Assembly: GCA_020058765.1 (NCBI GenBank)
Contig: JAGVDM010000003.1
Span: 52,019 to 116,018, forward strand
DNA: 64,000 nucleotides
Direction: 5' to 3'
Origin: Candidatus Peribacterales bacterium
GTDB taxonomy: Bacteria; Patescibacteriota; Gracilibacteria; Peribacterales; Peribacteraceae
Shown here piece after piece: positions 44,405 to 54,397 of this stretch. A model generated the notes under the pieces. That model searched no databases. It had not been told where the DNA came from and was given only the letters and a program-made list of their open reading frames with translations. Numbering within the stretch: position 1 is the stretch's first letter; every line of letters starts with the position of its first letter. The position numbers were made by a program, and so were the translations under genes.

Positions 44405-45961
44405 ATGTCCATCGATCTGGCTCCCATCCTCGTCGGCCTCACCGTAGGGGCATCTGCATCGCCAATGCTGACGTTTGTGCGTCTGTGGCAGCTCAAAGAA
44501 TGGCGTATTGATCGCCTGCGCGAGCATCTGCGTGCCGAGGGTATTCTGCGTCAGCTTTTCGGAATGTTGCGCCCAGCAATTGTTGCATGTGCCATTGTGC
44601 TCGGCATAGCGCTGCAAGCAACAATGCCATGGGTATGGACGGGCGCACTCGCAGGAATTGCCTGCCTCTCCGTTCTGCAGATTGTGTTACGCAGACAACC
44701 CATGCCCGTATGGACAATGAAAGCGGTGCTCATTACCGCTACCACTCTTTTGTGCACCACCACAGTCGCCGGAGTACTCCTCCTCACGCTAGGGGAAGCG
44801 TGGCTCCTTGCTGTTGCACTCCTCCAACCAGCATGCGTCGCTGTCGCCTGGTTGTTGTGGCGCCCAGTGGACGCCATTCTGAAGCGCAACATTCTGCGGC
44901 GTGCAGCGCGCGTACGAGCCGCACTCCCCGCACAAACAGTAGTGATTGGCATTACAGGGAGCGCCGGAAAAACCACCACCAAAGAACTGCTTGCCCACGT
45001 ACTCGCAGAGAAGCACCCGTTCACTACACCCGCACACGTGAATACGGAAATCGGTGTGGCGCAGTGGATCAACCGTACACTTCCTTCTGTCACTGACTCT
45101 GCAATCATCATTGTAGAAATGGGCGCGTACCGCATGGGGGAAATTGCCCTCCTCTGCCAAGTAGCACAACCAACAATGGGGATTGTGACATCGGTAGGGA
45201 GACAACACATTGCGCTGTTTGGTTCGCAAGAGCGTTTGTGCCAAGCAAAAGGAGAGCTCATTGCCGCACTCCCGAAAGACGGTCATGCGTTCCTGAATGG
45301 AGACAATACACTCTGCGAAAGCCTGCGCAGTAGGGCACAGTGCGCTGTAACCGTTGTGGGCACAGGTGGTCGGGCAGATATGGAGGCGTTTGATATTGAA
45401 GAAACGGAAGACGGTATCGCATTCCGCATCGAGAAGACGCACTACGCAGTGCCGCTGCACGGCACACACAACGTTACCAACGTGCTGCTCGCCATCGCTG
45501 CGGCACGCGCATGTGGCATGAAGACGAGTGACATTGCAGCGCGATTGCGGAGTTTTGTGCCACCAGCGCATACGTTTGCCGTACGCAAAGAACAAGACAC
45601 GCTCATACTCGATGACACACACAACTCGAGCCCAGCAAGCGTGCTTGCTGCAATTGCCTGGGCACGTAATCAACCCGCAGAAGAGAAAGTACTGCTCTTC
45701 AGCGGACTTATTGAACTCGGGGAAAGCCAAGATAGAATCCATGCAGAAATCGGCACAGCAGCAGCGCCAGTATTCGATCGCGTTATCGTACTGTCGCCGC
45801 ACTGTCGCCGCATGGTAGAGAAGGGCTACGGAAAGAAAGTTGAACTGTACGACAAAACGACACCGCGCATTGCACCGACAGCGCTGCTCATCTGCGTAGG
45901 CAGAATGTCACCTCGCGCCATCCAATCGCTTCTGCCGAACTCCCCCGCGCCCACCTCGTGA
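44405..45961 (+). CDS. murF: UDP-MurNAc-tripeptide-D-Ala-D-Ala ligase MurF fused to an N-terminal polytopic membrane domain
   Basis: The first ~150 aa carry about four or five hydrophobic helices. These are followed by GITGSAGKTTTKE and Mur ligase central and C-terminal domains. Confidence 0.85.
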   Translation: MSIDLAPILVGLTVGASASPMLTFVRLWQLKEWRIDRLREHLRAEGILRQLFGMLRPAIVACAIVLGIALQATMPWVWTGALAGIACLSVLQIVLRRQPMPVWTMKAVLITATTLLCTTTVAGVLLLTLGEAWLLAVALLQPACVAVAWLLWRPVDAILKRNILRRAARVRAALPAQTVVIGITGSAGKTTTKELLAHVLAEKHPFTTPAHVNTEIGVAQWINRTLPSVTDSAIIIVEMGAYRMGEIALLCQVAQPTMGIVTSVGRQHIALFGSQERLCQAKGELIAALPKDGHAFLNGDNTLCESLRSRAQCAVTVVGTGGRADMEAFDIEETEDGIAFRIEKTHYAVPLHGTHNVTNVLLAIAAARACGMKTSDIAARLRSFVPPAHTFAVRKEQDTLILDDTHNSSPASVLAAIAWARNQPAEEKVLLFSGLIELGESQDRIHAEIGTAAAPVFDRVIVLSPHCRRMVEKGYGKKVELYDKTTPRIAPTALLICVGRMSPRAIQSLLPNSPAPTS

Positions 45962-47193
45962 CAACACCTATCCACCACACCTTCGGGCCGCTTGCGCTGC
46001 AATCACAAGTGCTCCAAGCGTTCCGGCTGCAGTTCCAGCCATGGCTCTGGCAGCACGGCCCTTCACGTGAAGAATTGCGAACCGCGCTCGCCAAGCAGTA
46101 CAGCCGCAATGTGCATGTGTTCGATTCCGGCCGCAGTGCACTGTGGGCTTTGCTTACCGCATTGGAGCTCCAACCTGGCGACGAAGTGATTTTGCAAGGA
46201 TTCACCTGCGCCGTGGTGCCCAATGCGATCCGTGCGGCGGGTGGCACACCTATTTACGTGGATATCAGCCAACGCACGCTTGGGCTCGACCCAAGCCTTG
46301 TACGTTCCGCGATTACACGACGAACCCGCGCAGTGATTTGCCAGCACACGTTCGGTATTCCATCAGATACAAGCGCACTTCGGATTATCTGCGATGAATC
46401 CGACATCGCACTCATTGAAGACTGTGCACACATTCTGCCGGAGCAATTGAGCGATCGCATAGGGCTGCATGCAGATGCAGTTCTCCTGAGCTTCGGTCGA
46501 GATAAAGCGATCTCTGGCGTAAGCGGCGGCGCGGTTCTCACACAGCACGCATTCATTGCTCAACGCTTGGATGGTATCGAGAAGAGTGCTGCCACACTTT
46601 CGAAGTGGGAGATATTTACACTTGTGTGCTACCCCCTGCGCTATGCCACAGCCAAGTTCTTGTGGCCAGTACATTTGGGGAGGCTCTACTTGCGCATCGT
46701 ACGATTTTTTCGGCTGCTCCCGCCCGTGCTCACCGCCGAGGAACGCCGGGGAATCATGACAGCACGCGCATATGCATTGCCCAATGCATGCGCGGCAATG
46801 GCGCTGCTGCAATTCCAACAGCTGCGCAGCATCAATGCACACAGGCATATGCTCTCCGAGCGCTACGCTGCAGCGGTACACACTCTGCACGCAGAAGTAC
46901 CTCGAGCAGCTGCTTCTTCCCCTGCATTGCAGAAGTTCCCCCTGCTGCTCCCCAATGCTGAACGTATTCGTCGGGCACTCAAGCGCCAAGATATTCACCT
47001 AGATGACGGTTGGTGCGGTGCGGTGGTGAACCCTCGAACAACGGATCAGCGTGCAGCGGGTTACCCTCGCGGCACATGCCCGGAGTCTGAACGCATTGCA
47101 TCGCACATCTTGAGCCTGCCCACCCACCCCACCATGACCGTGAAAGACGCAGACAGACTACTCGCGGCATTGGAGAAGTTGCTGCATACTTGA
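45958..47193 (+). CDS. DegT/DnrJ/EryC1/StrS-family PLP aminotransferase
   Basis: DEVILQGFTC.., IEDCAH, and the PLP-lysine region FGRDKAIS are present. There is a 4-nt overlap with murF. Confidence 0.85.
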   Translation: MTTPIHHTFGPLALQSQVLQAFRLQFQPWLWQHGPSREELRTALAKQYSRNVHVFDSGRSALWALLTALELQPGDEVILQGFTCAVVPNAIRAAGGTPIYVDISQRTLGLDPSLVRSAITRRTRAVICQHTFGIPSDTSALRIICDESDIALIEDCAHILPEQLSDRIGLHADAVLLSFGRDKAISGVSGGAVLTQHAFIAQRLDGIEKSAATLSKWEIFTLVCYPLRYATAKFLWPVHLGRLYLRIVRFFRLLPPVLTAEERRGIMTARAYALPNACAAMALLQFQQLRSINAHRHMLSERYAAAVHTLHAEVPRAAASSPALQKFPLLLPNAERIRRALKRQDIHLDDGWCGAVVNPRTTDQRAAGYPRGTCPESERIASHILSLPTHPTMTVKDADRLLAALEKLLHT

Positions 47194-47200
47194 GCCAACG

Positions 47201-48283
47201 ATGACGATTGCGCAGGCCGCCGATCGCGCACAATGGGATGCATTCCTCCGGGGGCATCCGTTCTCCCCGTTCCTCCAGAGTTGGGCAATGGGCGAGGTAT
47301 ATCGCGATATTGGCCAGGAACCGATCCGCCTAGAAGCACGTGCGAATGGAGCGATCGTTGGTATCTGCCAAGCAATTGTGGTGCCGGCACGGCGCGGCCG
47401 GCATTTGATGGTGCAGTACGGCCCAATTCTGCAGGATCACAACGTACTACCCGGATTCCTTGATGCCTTGCACGACGTAGCACGAGAACATCGTTGCTCC
47501 TTCGTGCGCATGAGTCCGTTCTGGCGTGAAAGTGATCCGCTCGCACACACGTTGCGAGAGCATGGTGCACTACCATCACCGCTGCACCTCCTTTCGGAAT
47601 ACACCTGGTACATTCCGCTGCGCCAGCACGACCGCTGGCAAGATGCCATTAGCGAATCTCCAGCACGCAAGGAAGAGGAGATTATGACCGACATGCGCAA
47701 GACGACGAGGAATCTCGTACGTCGCGCAGAACGCGAAGGAGTAGAAGTGCGTGCTTCGGATGATCCGATGCATGATTTGGATATCTACTTCCATCTGCAG
47801 GAGGAAACACGAAAGCGCCATGGATTTGTTCCGTACCGCGACAGTTTCATTCGAGCCCAGGTGAAGCACTTCGCACCGCAGGGCGAGGCGATCGTGTACG
47901 TCGCGCGGTACCAAGGTGAACCAGTCGCTGCATCGGTACACATGTCCTTTGGAGGAATCACCAGCTACCACCACGGAGCGAGTACGCACGCGCATCCCAA
48001 AATCCCCGCAAGCTACCTACTGCAGTGGACAGCCATCAGTGATGCACTCCGCCGTGGAGACGCGATCTACAACTTCTGGGGCATTGCTCCGCGCAAGGTG
48101 ATGGACGATGGCAGCGAAGTCATCATCAACCCCAAGCATCCGTTTGCTGGTGTGACCACATTCAAAACCGGATTCGGCGGAAAACCACTGCCAATTGTGC
48201 ATTGCATGGATCTACCACTCTCGCCCGTCTACCGCCTTACGCGCGCATTTGAAACACTGCGAAAGTGGCGCCGTGGCTTCTAA
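47201..48283 (+). CDS. FemAB-family peptidyltransferase (peptidoglycan cross-bridge formation)
   Basis: WDAFL...PFSPFLQSWAMGE, the RK.TRNLVRRAEREGV block, and a C-terminal GxxxFKxGFGG motif. Confidence 0.85.
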   Translation: MTIAQAADRAQWDAFLRGHPFSPFLQSWAMGEVYRDIGQEPIRLEARANGAIVGICQAIVVPARRGRHLMVQYGPILQDHNVLPGFLDALHDVAREHRCSFVRMSPFWRESDPLAHTLREHGALPSPLHLLSEYTWYIPLRQHDRWQDAISESPARKEEEIMTDMRKTTRNLVRRAEREGVEVRASDDPMHDLDIYFHLQEETRKRHGFVPYRDSFIRAQVKHFAPQGEAIVYVARYQGEPVAASVHMSFGGITSYHHGASTHAHPKIPASYLLQWTAISDALRRGDAIYNFWGIAPRKVMDDGSEVIINPKHPFAGVTTFKTGFGGKPLPIVHCMDLPLSPVYRLTRAFETLRKWRRGF

Positions 48284-48301
48284 CACACTACACTGCGACG
48301 T

Positions 48302-48625
48302 ATGCCCAAGAAGATCCCCGAGCCCATGACCACCGAGCAAAAGATCGACGAAGTCGTCGAAATTCTTCGTCAGATGAATCACCGAGATCGCCTACGAATG
48401 TGGGGCAGTACATTCCACAGCATTCTTGGACTCATCCCCATAATCATTTTCATCGGGAGCGCTTGGTACGTGTACAACTTCGGCGATGAACTGCTCCAGC
48501 AAATTGCAGCAGAAGCTGCTAAGCAGGCATCCAACGTGGCAACAGGTAATGCGCAAGTGTTCTTCGAGGGGTTCGATAGCAGTGCCATGAATGAATGGTT
48601 CCGACAGATGCAAGGTCAGCAGTAA
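48302..48625 (+). CDS. Small membrane protein
   Basis: 107-aa ORF with one central TM helix, ILGLIPIIIFIGSAWYV. Confidence 0.5.
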   Translation: MPKKIPEPMTTEQKIDEVVEILRQMNHRDRLRMWGSTFHSILGLIPIIIFIGSAWYVYNFGDELLQQIAAEAAKQASNVATGNAQVFFEGFDSSAMNEWFRQMQGQQ

Positions 48626-48761
48626 GTCTGTTTGACACACACCGCAGAGGATCGATACAGTGCCTGCAGATGTACAGCTTCTGCACAATTAAGCCGACCC
48701 CAATGAACCGCGTCATTCGCGCGGAGGGCAGGCTGCACGTGCTGTAATTGTAGAACTGTAC

Positions 48762-50018
48762 GTGTCACTCGCAGCCTTCCCGCAACAGCAGGAGGGCGAC
48801 TTTTCCGTGGTACACATGTCGCTGCAATCCCCAGAACTCCGGCCCACACAAGCAACTGAGAAGTTGACTAATACGCATTATAGTGCCATATTATCCAAAC
48901 TCATGGGTTTGCGCGGCACCATTGGTATTCCGGAGGATCTGCAAATCCCCAATCCCCTGTCGTATGCCAGCACTGCCGACTATGTAGTAGCAAATCGCGA
49001 ATTCAACATGCAGCTGCGGCAGATTGCCGTACGGTATTTGGAAATGCAGAAGGTGATTGACCTCGTACGCACGCGCATTCAGGAAGACATTGGCGATAGC
49101 GATCACCAGATCGATGTGACGCTGGCAACAGTGGGCAGTGATGGCCGATTGGAAAAATGTCTGCCGTCGCTCTACGAAACAGTGGCGTACGTCCGCAAGC
49201 AACACAACGGCATTCACCTCGAACTGCATCAGGAAATCTCCGAAGAGATCGCGGATATTACCGCGCAGGATGCTGTGACCCGAATGGTGCATGCAGACGC
49301 GCAAGATCCTCTTATGCGCACGGGCATCTTCTCGCATGTGGAAGTGAAGACATTCTCCTCATCCAACTTCCTGCACTTCAACGATAATCCAGCACTCAAG
49401 GCGTGGCCGTCGCGCATCATCGATGCGCTACCACTCGGAGTGGATGAAGGTGGGCTTATCCCTGCGGCAAAACGACGCCTGCTCTCCGAAATTCAAGGAC
49501 CAGAAGGCAAGAAGCTGATTGCCCTGGAAGATGATCGACACAAGGATGCGCGCAAAATCATCACGCGAGGCGGCGCCGACCGATTCCAGGGGAAAGATGT
49601 GCAGCACTACGACCTAGAGAAGCGGGAGATGTACTACGACACGCAAACTGGCGCCGCAGCACTCAAACACGGCCCACTGCGGACAGTGCAAACGCTCTGC
49701 TACTGGAAGCTCATGCAAGCGCTCCGTTTGGCAGAAAATGGCGAACCATTGCTACAGCAAACGCCGACGCCAACAACAGAAAAGCTCGCCTACCTGGCAG
49801 ACAACAATGTGCTGAAGTTTCAGCGCCATGCGCAGATGGAAGAACTGCGCACAGTGTATGAACGCATTCTGTGGTGGCAGCACCGCGCCGGCTACGCACA
49901 CCACGTGGAATCGCAGCCGGTGCTCTCGCTCTCACCAAACGAAGCCGCAGAGCTCACGGAGCTCTTACGCGGCCTCGATGCGCGCGTGCGCGAAGTGGCG
50001 AAGAAAACAGGGAGTTAA
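48762..50018 (+). CDS. Hypothetical protein
   Basis: 418-aa ORF. The GS..GR.E element (ATVGSDGRLEK) faintly recalls pol-beta-type nucleotidyltransferases, but the acidic dyad is not evident. Confidence 0.55.
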   Translation: MSLAAFPQQQEGDFSVVHMSLQSPELRPTQATEKLTNTHYSAILSKLMGLRGTIGIPEDLQIPNPLSYASTADYVVANREFNMQLRQIAVRYLEMQKVIDLVRTRIQEDIGDSDHQIDVTLATVGSDGRLEKCLPSLYETVAYVRKQHNGIHLELHQEISEEIADITAQDAVTRMVHADAQDPLMRTGIFSHVEVKTFSSSNFLHFNDNPALKAWPSRIIDALPLGVDEGGLIPAAKRRLLSEIQGPEGKKLIALEDDRHKDARKIITRGGADRFQGKDVQHYDLEKREMYYDTQTGAAALKHGPLRTVQTLCYWKLMQALRLAENGEPLLQQTPTPTTEKLAYLADNNVLKFQRHAQMEELRTVYERILWWQHRAGYAHHVESQPVLSLSPNEAAELTELLRGLDARVREVAKKTGS

Positions 50019-50019
50019 A

Positions 50020-51474
50020 CTATTGCCCTCTAAGCAATCCAAGCATGTCGTCTTCGGTCATGCTGCCGCTCACAAGCAAGCTTGGGAGTTGCAGGAATTC
50101 ATTGCGTGTAAACGCAACGGCTGGTGCTGCGCCTACACCGAACAGATACCCGGACTGCCCAGCAACCTGCGTAACACGTTCGTTCACGCCACCCCATGGG
50201 TACGACACAGCAAAGACTTCGCGATCAGTGTAATCCTCGAGCATTTGCCTACTCTGGCGCAGTTCGATCTCCACCTGAGAATTGGTCATTGATCGCAGGT
50301 CATCACCGGAGTGCGCACCGGATTGCACATCGAACCCGTTGGCAATGAGCGTAACCACTTGTCGCTCTGTAATGCCATCGATCCCCAATTCTTTGCCAGG
50401 AAGGAAGAGGGTTGCAGGTGCATTTCTCGCAATGAGCAGGTCAGAAACCTGCTGCAAATTCTCTGCGGAAAGATCCGAGATCGCGAGTACCACAGTGCGT
50501 GGCTCAATGCGTACATCCCGCTCCTCTTGAGCGAGCACAAGCTCACGTAGATCGCGGAGTGTCCAAATGCGGTACCCATCCGCGCGCAAACGATCGACAT
50601 GTCGACCAAGTGCCGCAACCACACCTTCTTGATTCAAACGATAGTGCAAGATTGGCAATGCGTAGCGATCTTGTCGCACAAGGAAGTTCGGCAGGAACGG
50701 CGACAGATACTCCGAAGCGACGTATCCTTCACCACCGTTGAAGGAAATTCTCGCCCATACTTGATCCATACTGAGTGGACGGATAATTGCCTGACCCGCC
50801 AGCTCACCAAGGAGCTCGCTTTGGGAGTCTGGTGATTTGCGCACGTTGAGGAATCCGAAGTCCACGAAGTACATGCCCTCGAATGCTTTTTTCTCTTCTG
50901 GAAGCCGCTCCTCGGGAACCAGTTTTGCAATGTATCGCGTGGAAACAAACCCTTCCTGACCATCCGCAAGTTTCACACGAGCCCATGCGGCATCGGCGAA
51001 ATCCAATACTTCGACAGTGTCCCCCTGCTCCAATCTGCCAACGGCAGCGGCAGTAACAGCAGGGCTCTGCCGTACATTGAGGAATACGTTTGTTACACGG
51101 TAGACATTCGCCCCCGCATCCGCCCCAGTAGCGCGCAGTGCTTCATAGGTGGACACCTGCGATAGATCAAGCACCAGCGGTTGCCCCGGCGTAGTAGGAG
51201 CCGTAGCGCCGGTACCGCCATCCAAACGCGGTACAAAGCTCCCTGTTGCAGTCGCGGAACTCACATCATCCTGCGCCTGCCGAGCAAGCTCACGGAAGCG
51301 CTCCAGATCCTGTTCGGTGAAGGTGAATTCTTCTTCGAGCGGTGCGGTAACTTTTGGTTCATTAGACGAGCACCCCACAAACAGAATTCCGAAGGAAGAA
51401 ACGAGAAGGAACGCAACAAGCGATCGGGAGGAAATCGCATGTTGATGCCGGCGACGGAGAGTAGAGCGGTACAT
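50020..51474 (-). CDS. Membrane-anchored SH3b-domain / polysaccharide deacetylase (NodB-like) protein
   Basis: N-terminal anchor with a Cys, two SH3b-like segments (LNVRQSP.., LNVRKSPD..), and a C-terminal deacetylase-like domain. Confidence 0.7.
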   Translation of the reverse strand: MYRSTLRRRHQHAISSRSLVAFLLVSSFGILFVGCSSNEPKVTAPLEEEFTFTEQDLERFRELARQAQDDVSSATATGSFVPRLDGGTGATAPTTPGQPLVLDLSQVSTYEALRATGADAGANVYRVTNVFLNVRQSPAVTAAAVGRLEQGDTVEVLDFADAAWARVKLADGQEGFVSTRYIAKLVPEERLPEEKKAFEGMYFVDFGFLNVRKSPDSQSELLGELAGQAIIRPLSMDQVWARISFNGGEGYVASEYLSPFLPNFLVRQDRYALPILHYRLNQEGVVAALGRHVDRLRADGYRIWTLRDLRELVLAQEERDVRIEPRTVVLAISDLSAENLQQVSDLLIARNAPATLFLPGKELGIDGITERQVVTLIANGFDVQSGAHSGDDLRSMTNSQVEIELRQSRQMLEDYTDREVFAVSYPWGGVNERVTQVAGQSGYLFGVGAAPAVAFTRNEFLQLPSLLVSGSMTEDDMLGLLRGQ

Positions 51475-51498
51475 GGGAAAGAAAAGAAAAAAAGATGA

Positions 51499-53199
51499 TT
51501 ACATGCGGTCGGGCATGCGGAGCGTAAGAAGTTCTGCTCCACAGCGGAGGACCTTGGCCGTAAGGGAAGTGAGCGCCAAGCGCAGATCACGCGTAGTACC
51601 CTGCGCCGTCAAAATCGGATCGGCGTTATAAAATGCGTTGTAACTCTGGCAGAGCGCGTACAGATAATTCGCAAGAATATGCGGCATGTGCTCTTTACGT
51701 GCCTGCTGTAGCGCATCTGCAAAACCTACGAGTGTATTCACTACATCACGTTCATGCGCGGAGAGTGCCTCCGCCTTTTTGGGGAGTGCAACAGTCTCCA
51801 TCTCCGCCTTGCGCAGCACTGAGCATGCGCGGGCGTGCGTGTACTGGAGGTAGGGGGCGCTGTTGCCCTCAAAGCTCAGCATTTTTTCCCAATCGAAGAC
51901 AATCTCCTGCTTGCGATTTTGGCTCAAAATGCCGTACACAAGTGCGCCAACACCCATCATTTCGGCAAGAGCATCTGCATCATCTGTCTGGATCGCTTCA
52001 CCGCGATCGGCAATCACTTTGGCAGCACGCGCTACTCCCTCTTGGAGCACCTGCTCAAGACTGAGAATGTTCCCTTTCCGCGTACTCATAGACGAGTCTG
52101 CAAACCGCATGCGACCGAACAGCACATTCTGGAAACGCGGGAGCTCCCAGCCAAGCATGACGCATGTTTCCACAAGCTGCTCAAAGTGCAGCTTCTGCGC
52201 GATATCGGTGAAAATGAGGATCTCCTGCGGATTATAGGTATCAATGCGGTAACGCATTTGTGCCAGATCGCGCGTGGAGTAGAGCGTTGCACCGTCGCCC
52301 TTGAGCACCAAGTACGGCGGCATGTTCTTGTCTTCCGGGAATTGCACAATGAGCGCTCCCCCTTCGCCCTCGGTGAACACTGCTTTCTTTTTTCCTTCCG
52401 CGAGAACGGGTGCCATTTTGTCTTCGTAGAAACTCTCGCCGAGATCTAGATCAAAGCGAACGTGCAAGCGGCTGTATACATCTGCCAATGACGCTTTTGT
52501 CACTGCGACAACATCTGCCCAGAATGTGCGAAGTGTTTTGTCTCCGCTTTCCAATGCGCGAAACGCCTCTCGACCCTGTTCTTCGAGCGATGCATCTTTT
52601 TCTACCTCATCATGAAACCGCACATAGAGCGCGAGTAATTCATCGATCGTATGATCTTTGACGGACTTTTTCCCTCCCCACTTTTCATACGCAACGGCCA
52701 GTTTGCCGAACTGCGTTCCCCAGTCGCCGATGTAGTTCCAGCGAATCACCTTGTAGCCCGCATGTTGGTACAAATTCGCTGTCGCTTGCCCAACAACTGT
52801 CCCAATTAAGTGATGCACACCAAGCGGCTTGGCAATATTCGGCTGGGAGTACTCCACGATCACTGGTGCCTCCTTGCGCTCTGCAATCGCCTCACTCGCA
52901 ACGATACTGCTCTGCAATCGCTCCAAATGCCCCTCTGGGCTCAACCAAACGTTTATATATCCCGGTCCGGCGATCTCCACCTTCTCCACGCCCGGTTGCC
53001 CTTGGAGGGACGTGAGCAATTCCTGTGCAATCTCCACAGGCTTCGCCCCCACCTGCTTGGCAATCTGCAACGCAACCGGCGTAGCAATGTCACCATGCGC
53101 AGCGTCGCTCGGGCGGCTCCATGTGACTACAACATCATTGAGCCCCCTCGTCTTTTTGAGGGCGTTTTGGATGGCCGAATTCCACCGATTAATTACCAT
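51499..53199 (-). CDS. argS: Arginyl-tRNA synthetase
   Basis: HIGH-type motif (PLGVHHLIGT), MSTRKG in place of KMSK, and a DALR-type C-terminal anticodon-binding domain. Confidence 0.95.
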   Translation of the reverse strand: MVINRWNSAIQNALKKTRGLNDVVVTWSRPSDAAHGDIATPVALQIAKQVGAKPVEIAQELLTSLQGQPGVEKVEIAGPGYINVWLSPEGHLERLQSSIVASEAIAERKEAPVIVEYSQPNIAKPLGVHHLIGTVVGQATANLYQHAGYKVIRWNYIGDWGTQFGKLAVAYEKWGGKKSVKDHTIDELLALYVRFHDEVEKDASLEEQGREAFRALESGDKTLRTFWADVVAVTKASLADVYSRLHVRFDLDLGESFYEDKMAPVLAEGKKKAVFTEGEGGALIVQFPEDKNMPPYLVLKGDGATLYSTRDLAQMRYRIDTYNPQEILIFTDIAQKLHFEQLVETCVMLGWELPRFQNVLFGRMRFADSSMSTRKGNILSLEQVLQEGVARAAKVIADRGEAIQTDDADALAEMMGVGALVYGILSQNRKQEIVFDWEKMLSFEGNSAPYLQYTHARACSVLRKAEMETVALPKKAEALSAHERDVVNTLVGFADALQQARKEHMPHILANYLYALCQSYNAFYNADPILTAQGTTRDLRLALTSLTAKVLRCGAELLTLRMPDRM

Positions 53200-53408
53200 G
53201 TATGATCAAAAGTTATACTCAAGGATTGGCTGCAAATATAGCAGTGAAAACGCATATCGCTACTTGATTACATAAATTGATCTTGCTCAAAAATTCTCCT
53301 CATGTTTTGAGCACAAAATGTATGCAAACTATTCTGTACATATTCCATGGCGAATTTCTGTGAACAGAAAGCGGAAAAGCGAGTAGGAAAGCCAAGAGTA
53401 TCACTCCA

Positions 53409-53437
53409 TTGAAGAGAAAACCGAAAAATGGTACAAT
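53409..53437 (+). promoter_or_regulatory. Near-consensus extended -10 promoter (TTGAAG-17 nt-TGgTACAAT) abutting the start codon
   Basis: TTGAAG at 53409-53414 and TACAAT at 53432-53437, preceded by TG. ATG codons are at 53441 and 53444, the second being 6 nt after the -10 element. Confidence 0.45.
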
Positions 53438-53440
53438 ACT

Positions 53441-54346
53441 ATGATGTTTTCTCAGCGATTCACCGCTGCAGTCCTTGCACTCTCCGTCCTCGTAGCGGGG
53501 TGTGCGACCACGTCCGATTCCCCATCCCCCGTTGGGGGGACTGGTGCCGTGACTGGTTCTGGGGCAGTGCAATCCACGGATGAAGTGCCTGCGCTCGACG
53601 TTACTGGTGCAAAAGCTGGTGCGTATATTTCGCTCTTGCTCAACGGACCCACAGTGAAGCTGGGTGGCCCACGCCCTCCAGCGACGCTCGGCGTATACGT
53701 GAGCCTCTATTTGGCGCAGGGCGCATTCATACCAGTACAAGCCGCAATGCAGGGCATTGAAGTGCTAGAGCAGATCCTCCTTGGGCAATCCACACCCGAG
53801 TCGAGTGAAACGTTTGCGCTCCTCAAGGAATTTGGATCCATCCTGCAGGTGGATGTACTTGATAGCATGAATCGCAGCAGGGATCGTGCGGAAGCGCTCG
53901 ATACATACGTTCGATCGCTGCGAAACATTATGGAACTTGCGAGCCGAAAAATTACCGAGCTTCAAACACTGGAGGAAAACCTAGATGAGCGGCAGAAGGC
54001 GCAACGCACCGTTGTGCGCGACATGGAACGTGTCGTGCAGAATGCACTGCGTGAAGAAGACTTCGAACTGGCAGGGGGAAAACAAGAAGAACTGGTGAAA
54101 GCAAAGTCGTCGCTCGCGGCTTTGGAAGCCGAATTCGAGCAAACAGGCGACATTCTGGATCCCTATGAACGTTTGATGGAAGTCGCCGAGGAGCGCGCGA
54201 ATGCCATTGAGCAGAACCGCGCAATCCTCATTGCCGGCCTACAAGTGGTAGAAGTGCCTGGAATTGACGATTTGGAGCTGATTAACGATGGCGGAGGCTG
54301 GCGAGAGCGCATCCTCCCGAGCAATACCGTTTCCCCAAGCCGATAG
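53441..54346 (+). CDS. Coiled-coil lipoprotein encoded upstream of the VirB4-like ATPase
   Basis: Lipobox LVAGC with a long heptad-like C-terminal half. Confidence 0.65.
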   Translation: MMFSQRFTAAVLALSVLVAGCATTSDSPSPVGGTGAVTGSGAVQSTDEVPALDVTGAKAGAYISLLLNGPTVKLGGPRPPATLGVYVSLYLAQGAFIPVQAAMQGIEVLEQILLGQSTPESSETFALLKEFGSILQVDVLDSMNRSRDRAEALDTYVRSLRNIMELASRKITELQTLEENLDERQKAQRTVVRDMERVVQNALREEDFELAGGKQEELVKAKSSLAALEAEFEQTGDILDPYERLMEVAEERANAIEQNRAILIAGLQVVEVPGIDDLELINDGGGWRERILPSNTVSPSR

Positions 54347-54397
54347 GCGCATCTGGATTGATCCAGAAGCCAAAAAAAGGTATAATCAAGAGATTCA

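Noticed and set aside
44789-45802. 337-aa minus-strand ORF.
   Set aside because: It is antisense to murF, has a Cys/Arg/His-rich shadow composition, and has no motif.
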